DNA from: Escherichia phage 21 | Sequence record: OL657228.1 | Strand: one strand, 5' to 3' | Length of the DNA: 42,931 nucleotides | Shown: positions 10,738 through 21,581 of the stretch, one piece after another | How the letters are laid out: every line of letters begins with the position of its first letter | Numbering within the stretch: the first letter of the stretch is position 1 | Position numbers and translations under genes: made by a program | The notes under the pieces: model-generated | The model's database searches: none | Told to the model about the DNA's origin: nothing | Seen by the model: only the letters and a program-made list of their open reading frames with translations

Positions 10738-13291
10738 ACCGGTAGGCGATCTGGTCGTTGATTTAAGTCTGGATGCGGCCAGATTTGACGAGCAGATGGC
10801 CAGAGTCAGGCGTCATTTTTCCGGTACGGAAAGTGATGCGAAAAAAACAGCGGCAGTCGTTGAACAGTCGCTGAGCCGACAGGCGCTGGCTGCACAGAAA
10901 GCGGGGATTTCCGTCGGGCAGTATAAAGCCGCCATGCGTATGCTGCCTGCACAGTTCACCGACGTGGCCACGCAGCTTGCAGGCGGGCAAAGCCCGTGGC
11001 TGATCCTGCTGCAACAGGGTGGTCAGGTTAAGGACTCCTTCGGCGGGATGATCCCCATGTTCCGGGGGCTTGCCGGTGCGATCACCCTGCCGATGGTCGG
11101 GGCCACCTCGCTGGCGGTGGCGACCGGTGCGCTGGCGTATGCCTGGTATCAGGGTAACTCAACCCTGTCCGATTTCAACAAAACGCTGGTCCTTTCCGGC
11201 AATCAGTCGGGTCTGACGGCAGATCGTATGCTGGTCCTGTCCAGAGCCGGGCAGGCGGCAGGGCTGACGTTTAACCAGACCAGCGAGTCACTCAGCGCAC
11301 TGGTTAAGGCGGGAGTAAGCGGTGAGGCTCAGATTGCATCCATCAGCCAGAGTGTGGCGCGTTTCTCCTCTGCATCCGGCGTGGAGGTGGACAAGGTCGC
11401 TGAAGCCTTCGGGAAGCTGACCACTGACCCGACGTCGGGGCTGACGGCGATGGCGCGCCAGTTCCATAACGTAACGGCGGAGCAGATTGCGTATGTTGCT
11501 CAGTTGCAGCGTTCCGGCGATGAATCCGGGGCATTGCAGGCGGCGAACGAGGCCGCAACGAAAGGGTTTGATGACCAGACCCGACGCCTGAAAGAGAACA
11601 TGGGCACGCTGGAAACCTGGGCAGACAGGACAGCACGGGCATTCAAATCCATGTGGGATGCGGTGCTGGATATTGGTCGTCCTGATACCGCTCAGGAGAT
11701 GCTGATTAAGGCAGAGGCTGCGTTTAAGAAAGCGGACGACATCTGGAATCTGCGCAAGGATGATTATTTTGTTAACGATGAAGCGCGGGCGCGTTACTGG
11801 GATGATCGTGAAAAGGCCCGTCTTGCGCTTGAAGCCGCCCGAAAGAAGGCTGAACAGCAGAGTCAACAGGACAAAAATGCGCAGCAGCAGAGCGATACCG
11901 AAGCATCACGGCTGAAATATACCGAAGAGGCGCAGAAGGCTTACGAACGGCTGCAGACACCGCTGGAGAAATATACCGCCCGTCAGGAAGAACTGAACAA
12001 GGCACTGAAAGACGGGAAAATCCTGCAGGCAGATTACAACACGCTGATGGCGGCGGCGAAAAAGGATTATGAAGCGACGCTGAAAAAGCCGAAACAGTCC
12101 GGCGTGAAGGTGTCTGCGGGCGATCGTCAGGAAGACAGTGCTCATGCTGCCCTGCTGACGCTTCAGGCTGAACTCCGGACGCTGGAGAAGCATGCCGGAG
12201 CAAATGAGAAAATCAGCCAGCAGCGCCGGGATTTGTGGAAGGCGGAGAGTCAGTTCGCGGTACTGGAGGAGGCGGCGCAACGTCGCCAGCTGTCCGCACA
12301 GGAGAAATCCCTGCTGGCGCATAAAGATGAGACGCTGGAGTACAAACGCCAGCTGGCTGCACTTGGCGACAAGGTTACGTATCAGGAGCGCCTGAACGCG
12401 CTGGCGCAGCAGGCGGATAAATTCGCACAGCAGCAACGGGCAAAACGGGCCGCCATTGATGCGAAAAGCCGGGGGCTGACTGACCGGCAGGCAGAACGGG
12501 AAGCCACGGAACAGCGCCTGAAGGAACAGTATGGCGATAATCCGCTGGCGCTGAATAACGTCATGTCAGAGCAGAAAAAGACCTGGGCGGCTGAAGACCA
12601 GCTTCGCGGGAACTGGATGGCAGGCCTGAAGTCCGGCTGGAGTGAGTGGGAAGAGAGCGCCACGGACAGTATGTCGCAGGTAAAAAGTGCAGCCACGCAG
12701 ACCTTTGATGGTATTGCACAGAATATGGCGGCGATGCTGACCGGCAGTGAGCAGAACTGGCGCAGCTTCACCCGTTCCGTGCTGTCCATGATGACAGAAA
12801 TTCTGCTTAAGCAGGCAATGGTGGGGATTGTCGGGAGTATCGGCAGCGCCATTGGCGGGGCTGTTGGTGGCGGCGCATCCGCGTCAGGCGGTACAGCCAT
12901 TCAGGCCGCTGCGGCGAAATTCCATTTTGCAACCGGAGGATTTACGGGAACCGGCGGCAAATATGAGCCAGCGGGGATTGTTCACCGTGGTGAATTTGTC
13001 TTCACGAAGGAGGCAACCAGCCGGATTGGCGTGGGAAATCTCTACCGGCTGATGCGCGGCTATGCCACCGGCGGTTATGTCGGTGGCACCGGAAGTCCGG
13101 CGCAAATGCGGCGTTCAGAGGGTATCAGGTTTGAGCAGAACAACAACGTGGTGATTCAGAACGACGGTACGAATGGTCTGCCAGGTCCACAGATGATGAA
13201 GGCGGTGTATGACATGGCCCGCAAGGGTGCCCGTGATGAAATCCAGGCACAGATGCGCGATGGTGGTCTGTTCTCCGGAGGTGGACGATGA
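10730..13291 (+). CDS. H: tail tape measure protein H
   Basis: 853 aa (same length as lambda gpH); coiled-coil-rich centre and glycine-rich C-terminus; position after G-T. Confidence 0.93.
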   Translation: MAEPVGDLVVDLSLDAARFDEQMARVRRHFSGTESDAKKTAAVVEQSLSRQALAAQKAGISVGQYKAAMRMLPAQFTDVATQLAGGQSPWLILLQQGGQVKDSFGGMIPMFRGLAGAITLPMVGATSLAVATGALAYAWYQGNSTLSDFNKTLVLSGNQSGLTADRMLVLSRAGQAAGLTFNQTSESLSALVKAGVSGEAQIASISQSVARFSSASGVEVDKVAEAFGKLTTDPTSGLTAMARQFHNVTAEQIAYVAQLQRSGDESGALQAANEAATKGFDDQTRRLKENMGTLETWADRTARAFKSMWDAVLDIGRPDTAQEMLIKAEAAFKKADDIWNLRKDDYFVNDEARARYWDDREKARLALEAARKKAEQQSQQDKNAQQQSDTEASRLKYTEEAQKAYERLQTPLEKYTARQEELNKALKDGKILQADYNTLMAAAKKDYEATLKKPKQSGVKVSAGDRQEDSAHAALLTLQAELRTLEKHAGANEKISQQRRDLWKAESQFAVLEEAAQRRQLSAQEKSLLAHKDETLEYKRQLAALGDKVTYQERLNALAQQADKFAQQQRAKRAAIDAKSRGLTDRQAEREATEQRLKEQYGDNPLALNNVMSEQKKTWAAEDQLRGNWMAGLKSGWSEWEESATDSMSQVKSAATQTFDGIAQNMAAMLTGSEQNWRSFTRSVLSMMTEILLKQAMVGIVGSIGSAIGGAVGGGASASGGTAIQAAAAKFHFATGGFTGTGGKYEPAGIVHRGEFVFTKEATSRIGVGNLYRLMRGYATGGYVGGTGSPAQMRRSEGIRFEQNNNVVIQNDGTNGLPGPQMMKAVYDMARKGARDEIQAQMRDGGLFSGGGR

Positions 13292-13617
13292 AAACCTTCC
13301 GCTGGAAAGTGAAACCCGGGATGGATGTGACATCGGCTCCTTCCGTCAGGGAGGTGCGCTTTGGTGATGGCTATTCCCAGCGTGCGCCTGCCGGGCTGAA
13401 CGCTGACCTGAAAACGTACAGCGTGACGCTGTCTGTCTCCCGTGAGGAGGCCACGGCGCTGGAGTCGTTTCTGGCTGAGCACGGGGGCTGGAAGGCCTTT
13501 CTGTGGACGCCGCCTTATGGTTACAGGCAGATAAAGGTGACCTGCGCAAAATGGTCGTCGCGGGTCAGTATGCTGCGTGTTGAGTTCAGCGCAGAGTTTG
13601 AACAGGTGGTGAACTGA
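13288..13617 (+). CDS. M: tail tip protein M
   Basis: 109 aa; same length and position as lambda gpM. Confidence 0.9.
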   Translation: MKTFRWKVKPGMDVTSAPSVREVRFGDGYSQRAPAGLNADLKTYSVTLSVSREEATALESFLAEHGGWKAFLWTPPYGYRQIKVTCAKWSSRVSMLRVEFSAEFEQVVN

Positions 13618-14315
13618 TGCAGGATATCCGGCAGGAAACATTGAATGAATGCACCCGTGCGGAGCAGTCGGCCAGCGTGGTGCTCTGGGAAATCGATCTG
13701 ACAGAGGTCGGTGGAGAACGTTATTTTTTCTGTAATGAGCAGAACGAAAAAGGTGAGCCGGTCACCTGGCAGGGGCGGCAGTATCAGGCGTATCCCATTC
13801 AGGGGAGTGGTTTTGAACTGAATGGCAAAGGCACCAGTACGCGCCCCACGCTGACGGTTTCTAACCTGTACGGCATGGTCACCGGGATGGCGGAAGATCT
13901 GCAGAGTCTGGTCGGCGGAACGGTGGTCAGGCGTAAGGTTTACGCCCGTTTTCTGGATGCGGTGAACTTCGTCAACGGAAACAGAGACGCCGATCCGGAG
14001 CAGGAGGTGATCAGCCGCTGGCGCATTGAGCAGTGCAGCGAACTGAGTGCGGTCAGTGCCTCCTTTGTACTGTCCACGCCGACGGAAACGGACGGCGCTG
14101 TTTTTCCGGGACGTATCATGCTGGCCAACACCTGCACCTGGACCTATCGCGGCGATGAGTGCGGTTATCACGGTCCGGCGGTCGCGGATGAATATGACCA
14201 GCCAACGTCCGATATCACGAAGGATAAATGCAGCAAATGCCTGAGCGGTTGTAAGTTCCGCAATAACGTCGGCAACTTTGGCGGCTTCCTTTCCATTAAC
14301 AAACTTTCGCAGTAA
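13617..14315 (+). CDS. L: tail tip protein L
   Basis: 232 aa; same length and position as lambda gpL; cysteine cluster near C-terminus (CSKCLSGC). Confidence 0.9.
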   Translation: MQDIRQETLNECTRAEQSASVVLWEIDLTEVGGERYFFCNEQNEKGEPVTWQGRQYQAYPIQGSGFELNGKGTSTRPTLTVSNLYGMVTGMAEDLQSLVGGTVVRRKVYARFLDAVNFVNGNRDADPEQEVISRWRIEQCSELSAVSASFVLSTPTETDGAVFPGRIMLANTCTWTYRGDECGYHGPAVADEYDQPTSDITKDKCSKCLSGCKFRNNVGNFGGFLSINKLSQ

Positions 14316-14319
14316 TCCC

Positions 14320-15063
14320 ATGACAGAGACAGAATCAGCGATTCTGGCGCACGCCCGGCGATGTGCGCCAGCGGAGTCGTGCGGCTTCGTGGTGAGAGCG
14401 CCGGAGGGGGAAAGATATTTTCCCTGCGTGAATATCTCCGGTGAGCCGGAGGCGTATTTCCGGATGGCTCCGGAGGACTGGCTGCAGGCAGAAATGCAGG
14501 GTGAGATTGTGGCGCTGGTCCACAGCCACCCCGGTGGTCTGCCCTGGCTGAGTGAGGCTGACCGGCGGCTGCAGGTGCAGAGTGATTTGCCGTGGTTGCT
14601 GGTCTGCCGGGGGGCGATTCATAAGTTCCGCTGTGTGCCGCATCTCACCGGGCGGCGCTTTGAGCACGGGGTGACGGACTGTTACACGCTGTTCCGGGAT
14701 GCTTATCATCTGGCGGGGATTGAGATGCCGGATTTTCATCGCGGGGATGACTGGTGGCGTCACGATCAGAATCTCTATCTGGATAATCTGGAGGCCACAG
14801 GGCTGTATCAGGTGCCGTTGTCATCAGCACAACCGGGCGATGTGCTGCTGTGCTGTTTTGGTTCATCGGTGCCGAATCATGCCGCCATTTACTGTGGTGA
14901 TGGCGAGCTGCTGCACCATATTCCTGAACAACTGAGCAAACGAGAGAGGTATACCGACAAATGGCAGCGACGCACACACTCCCTCTGGCGTCACCGGGCA
15001 TGGCGCGCATCTGCCTTTACGGGGATTTACAACGATTTGGTCGCCGCATCGACCTTCGTGTGA
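14320..15063 (+). CDS. K: tail tip assembly protein K (JAMM/MPN plus NlpC/P60-like)
   Basis: C-terminal 199 aa (from the Met at 14464) match recalled lambda gpK. The reading frame is open upstream to the ATG at 14320, adding a segment with the Glu (PAESCGF) that completes the JAMM motif E...HSHPGG...SEAD. Start is therefore uncertain (14320 or 14464). Confidence 0.85.
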   Translation: MTETESAILAHARRCAPAESCGFVVRAPEGERYFPCVNISGEPEAYFRMAPEDWLQAEMQGEIVALVHSHPGGLPWLSEADRRLQVQSDLPWLLVCRGAIHKFRCVPHLTGRRFEHGVTDCYTLFRDAYHLAGIEMPDFHRGDDWWRHDQNLYLDNLEATGLYQVPLSSAQPGDVLLCCFGSSVPNHAAIYCGDGELLHHIPEQLSKRERYTDKWQRRTHSLWRHRAWRASAFTGIYNDLVAASTFV

Positions 15064-15632
15064 AAACGGGGGCTGAAGCCATCCGGGCGCTGGCCACACA
15101 GCTCCCGGCGTTTCGTCAGAAACTGAGCGACGGCTGGTATCAGGTACGGATTGCCGGGCGGGACGTCAGCACGTCCGGGTTAACGGCGCAGTTACATGAG
15201 ACTCTGCCTGATGGCGCTGTGATTCATATTGTTCCCAGAGTCGCCGGGGCCAAGTCAGGTGGCGTATTCCAGATTGTCCTGGGGGCTGCCGCCATTGCCG
15301 GATCATTCTTTACCGCCGGAGCCACCCTTGCAGCATGGGGGGCAGCCATTGGGGCCGGTGGTATGACCGGCATCCTGTTTTCTCTCGGTGCCAGTATGGT
15401 GCTCGGTGGTGTGGCGCAGATGCTGGCACCGAAAGCCAGAACTCCCCGTACACAGACAACGGATAACGGCAAACAGAACACCTATTTCTCCTCACTGGAT
15501 AACATGGTTGCCCAGGGCAATGTTCTGCCGGTTCTGTACGGTGAAATGCGCGTGGGGTCACGCGTGGTTTCTCAGGAGATCAGCACGGCAGACGAAGGGG
15601 ATGGTGGTCAGGTTGTGGTGATTGGTCGCTGA
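14961..15632 (+). CDS. I: tail tip assembly protein I
   Basis: 223 aa, ubiquitin-like N-terminus and glycine/alanine-rich C-terminus as in lambda gpI; overlaps K 3' end. Confidence 0.9.
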   Translation: MAATHTLPLASPGMARICLYGDLQRFGRRIDLRVKTGAEAIRALATQLPAFRQKLSDGWYQVRIAGRDVSTSGLTAQLHETLPDGAVIHIVPRVAGAKSGGVFQIVLGAAAIAGSFFTAGATLAAWGAAIGAGGMTGILFSLGASMVLGGVAQMLAPKARTPRTQTTDNGKQNTYFSSLDNMVAQGNVLPVLYGEMRVGSRVVSQEISTADEGDGGQVVVIGR

Positions 15633-15692
15633 TGCAAAATGTTTTATGTGAAACCGCCTCCGGGCGGTTTTATCGTTTATGGAGCATGAGGA

Positions 15693-18600
15693 ATGGGTAA
15701 AGGCAGCAGTAAGGGGCATACCCCGCGCGAAGCGAAGGACAACCTGAAATCATCCCAGATGCTGAGCGTGATAGACGCCATCAGCGAAGGGCCGGTTGAA
15801 GGTCCGGTGGATGGATTAAAAAGCGTGCTGCTGAACAGTACGCCGGTGCTGGACAGTGAGGGGAATACCAATATATTCGGCGTCACGGTGGTGTTCCGGG
15901 CCGGTGAGCAGGAGCAGACACCGCCGGAGGGATTTGAATCCTCCGGCTCCGAGACGGTGCTCGGTACAGAAGTGAAATATGACACGCCGATCACCCGGAC
16001 CATCACGTCGGCAAACATTGACCGTCTGCGTTTTACTTTCGGCGTGCAGGCACTGGTGGAAACCACCTCAAAGGGGGACAGGAATCCATCGGAAGTCCGC
16101 CTGCTGGTTCAGATTCAACGTAACGGTGGCTGGGTGACGGAAAAAGACATCACCATTAAGGGCAAAACCACGTCGCAGTATCTGGCCTCGGTGGTGGTGG
16201 ATAACCTGCCGCCGCGCCCGTTTAATATCCGGATGCGCAGGATGACGCCGGACAGCACCACAGACCAGTTGCAGAACAAAACGCTCTGGTCGTCATACAC
16301 CGAAATCATCGATGTGAAACAGTGCTACCCGAACACGGCACTGGTCGGCGTACAGGTGGACTCGGAGCAGTTCGGCAGCCAGCAGGTGAGCCGTAATTAT
16401 CATCTTCGCGGGCGCATTCTGCAGGTGCCGTCGAACTATAACCCGCAGACGCGGCAATACAGCGGTATCTGGGACGGAACGTTTAAGCCAGCATACAGCA
16501 ACAACATGGCCTGGTGTCTGTGGGATATGCTGACCCATCCGCGCTACGGCATGGGGAAACGTCTTGGTGCGGCAGATGTGGATAAATGGGCGCTGTATGT
16601 CATCGGCCAGAATTGCGACCAGTCAGTGCCGGACGGCTTTGGCGGCACGGAGCCGCGCATCACCTGTAATGCGTACCTGACCACACAGCGCAAGGCGTGG
16701 GATGTGCTCAGTGATTTTTGCTCGGCGATGCGCTGTATGCCGGTATGGAACGGGCAGACGCTGACATTCGTGCAGGACCGACCGTCGGATAAGGTGTGGA
16801 CCTATAACCGCAGTAATGTGGTGATGCCGGATGATGGCGCGCCGTTCCGCTACAGCTTCAGCGCCCTGAAAGACCGCCATAATGCCGTTGAGGTGAACTG
16901 GATTGACCCGGATAACGGCTGGGAGACGGCGACAGAGCTTGTGGAGGACACGCAGGCCATTGCCCGTTACGGTCGTAACGTCACGAAGATGGATGCCTTT
17001 GGCTGTACCAGCCGGGGGCAGGCACACCGCGCCGGGCTGTGGCTGATTAAAACGGAGCTGCTGGAAACGCAGACCGTGGACTTCAGCGTGGGTGCAGAAG
17101 GGCTTCGCCATGTACCGGGCGATGTCATTGAAATCTGTGATGATGACTATGCGGGGATCAGCATCGGCGGGCGCGTGCTGGCGGTGAACAACCAGACGCG
17201 GACACTGACGCTCGACCGTGAAATCACGCTGCCATCCTCCGGCACCACGCTGATAAGCCTGGCTGACGGACAGGGGAATCCGGTCAGCGTGGAGGTCCAG
17301 TCCGTCACCGACGGCGTGAAGGTAAAAGTGAGCCGTGTTCCTGACGGCGTTGCAGAATACAGCGTGTGGGGGCTGAAGTTGCCAACGTTGCGCCAGCGCC
17401 TGTTCCGCTGTGTGAGTATCCGTGAGAACGATGACGGCACGTATGCCATCACTGCCGTGCAGCATGTACCGGAAAAAGAGGCCATCGTGGATAACGGGGC
17501 GCACTTTGACGGCGACCAGAGCGGCACGGTGAATGGTGTCACGCCGCCAGCGGTGCAGCACCTGACTGCCGAAGTCACCGCAGACAGCGGGGAATATCAG
17601 GTGCTGGCGCGCTGGGACACGCCGAAGGTGGTGAAGGGGGTGAGCTTTATGCTTCGCCTGACCGTGGCAGCGGATGACGGCAGTGAGCGGCTGGTCAGCA
17701 CGGCCCGGACGACGGAAACCACATACCGCTTCAGGCAACTGGCGCCAGGGAACTACAGGCTGACAGTCCGGGCGGTAAATGCGTGGGGGCAGCAGGGCGA
17801 TCCGGCATCGGTATCGTTCCGGATTGCCGCACCGGCAGCGCCGTCGCAGATTGAGCTGACACCGGGGTATTTTCAGATAACCGCCACGCCGCATCTTGCG
17901 GTTTATGATCCGACGGTACAGTTTGAGTTCTGGTTCTCGGAAAAGCGGATTGCGGATATCAGGCAGGTTGAAACCACAGCACGCTATCTTGGCACGGCGC
18001 TGTACTGGATAGCCGCCAGTATCAATATCAAACCGGGCCATGATTATTATTTTTACATCCGCAGTGTGAACACCGTTGGCAAATCGGCATTTGTGGAGGC
18101 TGTTGGCCAGCCGAGTGATGATGCATCCGGCTATCTGAATTTTTTCAAAGGAGAGATAGGGAAAACCCATCTGGCTCAGGAGTTGTGGACGCAGATTGAT
18201 AACGGTCAGCTTGCGCCTGACCTGGCTGAAATCAGGACGTCCATTACGGGTGTCAGCAATGAAATCACGCAGACCGTCAATAAGAAACTGGAAGACCAGA
18301 GTGCAGCGATCCAGCAGATACAGAAGGTTCAGGTTGATACAAATAATAACCTGAACAGCATGTGGGCTGTGAAGCTGCAGCAGATGCAGGACGGACGCCT
18401 TTATATCGCGGGTATTGGTGCCGGTGTTGAGAATACTCCTGACGGTATGCAGAGTCAGGTGCTGCTGGCGGCGGACAGGATTGCGATGATTAATCCTGCG
18501 AATGGCAACACAAAGCCGATGTTTGTTGGGCAGGGCGATCAGATATTCATGAACGAAGTGTTCCTGAAATATCTGACGGCTCCCACCATTACCAGCGGTG

Positions 18601-19175
18601 GCAATCCCCCAACGTTTTCACTGACACCTGATGGTCGACTTTCTGCGAAAAATGCGGATATCAGCGGTAACGTGAACGCGAACTCCGGGACGCTCAACAA
18701 CGTCACGATTAATCAGAACTGTCGGATTCTGGGAAAACTGTCAGCTAACCAGATTGAAGGTGATATTGTCAAAACGGTGGGAAAAGCCTTTCCGAGAAAT
18801 GGCAGTTATGCCAGCGGTACAATAACGGTCACTGTGTACGATGACCAGGCTTTTGACCGTCAGATAGTAGTCCCCCCCGTTCTGTTTCGTGGGGGTAAGC
18901 ATGAAAACTTCAACAGCAACAACCAACAGTCATACTGGTATTCAACCTGTAAGCTGCAGGTACTGAAGAACGGACAGGAAATCTTTCAGCAACCCGCGAC
19001 GGATGTCAGCAGGGTATTTTCATCAGTCATTGATATGCCTGCCGGACACGGCCATGTCACCCTGACTTTCAATGTTTCTTCATATGGTGCTAATAACTGG
19101 ACGCCAACGACCAGTATCAGCGACCTTCTTGTTGTTGTGATGAAGAAATCTACAGCCGGTATCAGTATCAGTTGA
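15693..19175 (+). CDS. J: central tail fibre / host specificity protein J
   Basis: 1160 aa; N-terminal about 950 aa nearly identical to recalled lambda gpJ ([20 protein letters not shown]...); C-terminal about 200 aa recognisably J-like but diverged. Confidence 0.93.
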   Translation: MGKGSSKGHTPREAKDNLKSSQMLSVIDAISEGPVEGPVDGLKSVLLNSTPVLDSEGNTNIFGVTVVFRAGEQEQTPPEGFESSGSETVLGTEVKYDTPITRTITSANIDRLRFTFGVQALVETTSKGDRNPSEVRLLVQIQRNGGWVTEKDITIKGKTTSQYLASVVVDNLPPRPFNIRMRRMTPDSTTDQLQNKTLWSSYTEIIDVKQCYPNTALVGVQVDSEQFGSQQVSRNYHLRGRILQVPSNYNPQTRQYSGIWDGTFKPAYSNNMAWCLWDMLTHPRYGMGKRLGAADVDKWALYVIGQNCDQSVPDGFGGTEPRITCNAYLTTQRKAWDVLSDFCSAMRCMPVWNGQTLTFVQDRPSDKVWTYNRSNVVMPDDGAPFRYSFSALKDRHNAVEVNWIDPDNGWETATELVEDTQAIARYGRNVTKMDAFGCTSRGQAHRAGLWLIKTELLETQTVDFSVGAEGLRHVPGDVIEICDDDYAGISIGGRVLAVNNQTRTLTLDREITLPSSGTTLISLADGQGNPVSVEVQSVTDGVKVKVSRVPDGVAEYSVWGLKLPTLRQRLFRCVSIRENDDGTYAITAVQHVPEKEAIVDNGAHFDGDQSGTVNGVTPPAVQHLTAEVTADSGEYQVLARWDTPKVVKGVSFMLRLTVAADDGSERLVSTARTTETTYRFRQLAPGNYRLTVRAVNAWGQQGDPASVSFRIAAPAAPSQIELTPGYFQITATPHLAVYDPTVQFEFWFSEKRIADIRQVETTARYLGTALYWIAASINIKPGHDYYFYIRSVNTVGKSAFVEAVGQPSDDASGYLNFFKGEIGKTHLAQELWTQIDNGQLAPDLAEIRTSITGVSNEITQTVNKKLEDQSAAIQQIQKVQVDTNNNLNSMWAVKLQQMQDGRLYIAGIGAGVENTPDGMQSQVLLAADRIAMINPANGNTKPMFVGQGDQIFMNEVFLKYLTAPTITSGGNPPTFSLTPDGRLSAKNADISGNVNANSGTLNNVTINQNCRILGKLSANQIEGDIVKTVGKAFPRNGSYASGTITVTVYDDQAFDRQIVVPPVLFRGGKHENFNSNNQQSYWYSTCKLQVLKNGQEIFQQPATDVSRVFSSVIDMPAGHGHVTLTFNVSSYGANNWTPTTSISDLLVVVMKKSTAGISIS

Positions 19176-19193
19176 ATTTTATAACCCAGATAC

Positions 19194-19220
19194 GGGCGCC
19201 AGAAATGGCGCCTTTTTTAT
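19194..19220 (+). terminator. rho-independent terminator after J
   Basis: GGCGCC-AGAAAT-GGCGCC hairpin followed by TTTTTTATTT immediately after the J stop codon (approximate coordinates). Confidence 0.7.
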
Positions 19221-19227
19221 TTGTGGA

Positions 19228-21294
19228 GTGAATATGGCAGTACAGATTTCAGGCGTGCTGAAAGACGGTGCAGGAAAACCGATACAGAACTGCACCATTC
19301 AGCTCAAAGCAAAACGTAACAGCACCACGGTTGTGGTGAACACGGTGGCCTCAGAAAATCCGGATGAAGCCGGACGTTACAGCATGGATGTCGAGTATGG
19401 CCAGTACAGCGTTATCCTGCTGGTTGAAGGTTTTCCGCCTTCACATGCCGGGGCCATCACCGTGTATGAGGATTCTAAGCCGGGGACATTGAATGATTTT
19501 CTGGGCGCTGCAACAGAAGATGATGTTCGTCCGGAGGCACTGTATCGTTTTGAAAAGATGGTGGAAGAGGTGGCACGCAACGCTGAAGCCGCCTCTCAGA
19601 GCGCAGCGGCAGCAAAGAAATCAGAAACAGCAGCGGCATCGTCCAGGAATGCGGCGAAAACATCAGAGACGAATGCAGGTAACAGCGCGAAAGCGGCAGC
19701 TTCTTCAAAAACAGCCGCACAAAACGCAGCAACAGCGGCAGAACGTTCAGAGACAAATGCCCGTGCGTCAGAAGAAGCCTCCGCAGACAGTGAAGAGGCT
19801 TCCCGCCGTAATGCAGAGTCAGCCGCTGAAAATGCCGGAGTCGCCACCACAAAAGCGCGGGAGGCCGCAGCAGACGCAACAAAGGCCGGGCAGAAAAAGG
19901 ATGAGGCTCTGTCGGCAGCGACACGGGCTGAAAAGGCGGCAGACCGCGCAGAAGTCGCAGCGGAAGTGACTGCAGAGCCCTATGCGAATATAGTGCCGCC
20001 GCTGCCTGATGTGTGGATACCGTTTAACGATTCACTGGATATGATTGCGGGTTTTTCTCCGGGCTATAAAAAAATAGCTATTGGTGACGATGTGGTTCAG
20101 GTCGCCAGTGATAAACAGGTTAATTTCAGTCGCGCATCAACGGCAACATATATCAACAAATCTGGCGAACTGAAAACGGCGGAAATTAATGAGCCGCGAT
20201 TTGAGTGTGATGGCCTGCTTATTGAGGGACAAAGAACGAACTACATGCTCAATTCGGAAAGTCCAGCCAGCTGGGGGAAGTCATCAAACATGGATGTGCC
20301 CGAAACCGGGACAGATAGTTTTGGTTTTACTTATGGAAAGTTTGTCTGCAACGATTCTCTGGTTGGGCAAACTTCGGCTATTAATATGGCATCAATTGCT
20401 GCAACAAAGTCAGTTGATGTCTCAGGCGATAACAAGTACGTGACAACCTCATGCCGTTTTAAAACAGAACGACAGGTAAGGTTACGTATACGGTTTGATA
20501 AGTATGATGGTAGTGCAACAACTTTTCTTGGCGATGCGTACATTGATACGCAAACGCTTGAAATTAATATGACAGGTGGGGCTGCCGGCAGAATTACGGC
20601 ACGAGTCAGGAAGGATAAGACCACAGGCTGGATTTTTGCAGAGGCAACGATTCAGGCAATTGATGGTGAGTTAAAAATAGGCTCTCAGATACAGTATTCT
20701 CCTGAGCGGGGTGGGGCAACAGTATCTGGTGACTATATTTATCTTGCCACCCCACAAGTAGAGAATGGGCCGTGTGTATCATCATTTATTATTTCAGGAG
20801 GCAGCGCAACGACAAGAGCCAGTGATTTGGTTAGTATCCCCACCAGAAATAATCTTTATAAGTTACCATTTACTTTTTTACTTGAGATTCATAAAAACTG
20901 GGATATTGCACCAAACGCCGCACCCCGCGTGTGGGATATAGCAGCAGCCAATACCGGGCAATCAGCAATTGCAGCAATCAACAGAGGTAGTGGTAAGTTA
21001 TATATGAGTCTGTCAAACCCTTCAGGCTTGTATGTTAATAGCGCAGCGACAGATGTATTTGCAGAGAAAACCACATTTGGATGTATTGCAAAAGCTGATG
21101 GTCACTTTCATGTGGTGACAAATGGTAAAGCGGTTAATGAAGTTTATTGTGAATATAATGGTGTGACCGCTGATAAAAATATCCGATTTGGAGGGCAGAC
21201 GAATACTGGAGAACGACATCTGTTTGGCCATATTCGCAATTTCCGCATATGGCATAAAGAATTAAATGACAGGCAATTAAAAGAGGTCGTATGA
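19228..21294 (+). CDS. stf: side tail fibre protein (Stf-like N-terminus, unrelated C-terminal domain)
   Basis: 688 aa; first about 90 aa near-identical to lambda Stf (MAVQISGVLKDGAGKPIQNCTIQLKA...), then an Ala/Ser/Glu-rich repetitive shaft, then a C-terminal half from about aa 250 with no Stf similarity and visibly lower GC. Confidence 0.8.
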   Translation: MNMAVQISGVLKDGAGKPIQNCTIQLKAKRNSTTVVVNTVASENPDEAGRYSMDVEYGQYSVILLVEGFPPSHAGAITVYEDSKPGTLNDFLGAATEDDVRPEALYRFEKMVEEVARNAEAASQSAAAAKKSETAAASSRNAAKTSETNAGNSAKAAASSKTAAQNAATAAERSETNARASEEASADSEEASRRNAESAAENAGVATTKAREAAADATKAGQKKDEALSAATRAEKAADRAEVAAEVTAEPYANIVPPLPDVWIPFNDSLDMIAGFSPGYKKIAIGDDVVQVASDKQVNFSRASTATYINKSGELKTAEINEPRFECDGLLIEGQRTNYMLNSESPASWGKSSNMDVPETGTDSFGFTYGKFVCNDSLVGQTSAINMASIAATKSVDVSGDNKYVTTSCRFKTERQVRLRIRFDKYDGSATTFLGDAYIDTQTLEINMTGGAAGRITARVRKDKTTGWIFAEATIQAIDGELKIGSQIQYSPERGGATVSGDYIYLATPQVENGPCVSSFIISGGSATTRASDLVSIPTRNNLYKLPFTFLLEIHKNWDIAPNAAPRVWDIAAANTGQSAIAAINRGSGKLYMSLSNPSGLYVNSAATDVFAEKTTFGCIAKADGHFHVVTNGKAVNEVYCEYNGVTADKNIRFGGQTNTGERHLFGHIRNFRIWHKELNDRQLKEVV

Positions 21295-21569
21295 AAGATT
21301 TAACTTTGAAGTTTCATGACAAACTGCAGTTTAAGGCCTTCCTGTCATCTCTTGACTGGGAGGAGGATGAAGACCTCCAGAATAAACTGTTAGTCGATGA
21401 AATTGGTTTCACCTACACAGAAACAGGGGTAACAGAAGAGGGAGAACCTGTCTGTGTCCGGAATGACGGTTATTTTGTCAACATTCGCATTCTTGATGAC
21501 TTGTTTGATGTTTCTGTATTCTCTGATTATGTCGTGGAGCTGGAAACACCGCTTCGGGAATGGAGCTGA
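21291..21569 (+). CDS. hypothetical small acidic protein, start overlapping the tail fibre stop (ATGA)
   Basis: 92 aa, about 25% Asp+Glu; start overlaps the stf stop, suggesting coupled translation; no family recognised. Could be a fibre chaperone or something else. Confidence 0.45.
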   Translation: MKDLTLKFHDKLQFKAFLSSLDWEEDEDLQNKLLVDEIGFTYTETGVTEEGEPVCVRNDGYFVNIRILDDLFDVSVFSDYVVELETPLREWS

Positions 21570-21581
21570 AAGGAGGAAATA

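Noticed and set aside
16623-18170. 515-aa minus-strand ORF inside the J gene
   Set aside because: Lies entirely antisense within a highly conserved, GC-rich coding region (J); such long antisense frames arise by chance where stop codons are rare. Arg/Pro/Cys/His-rich low-complexity translation with no start context.
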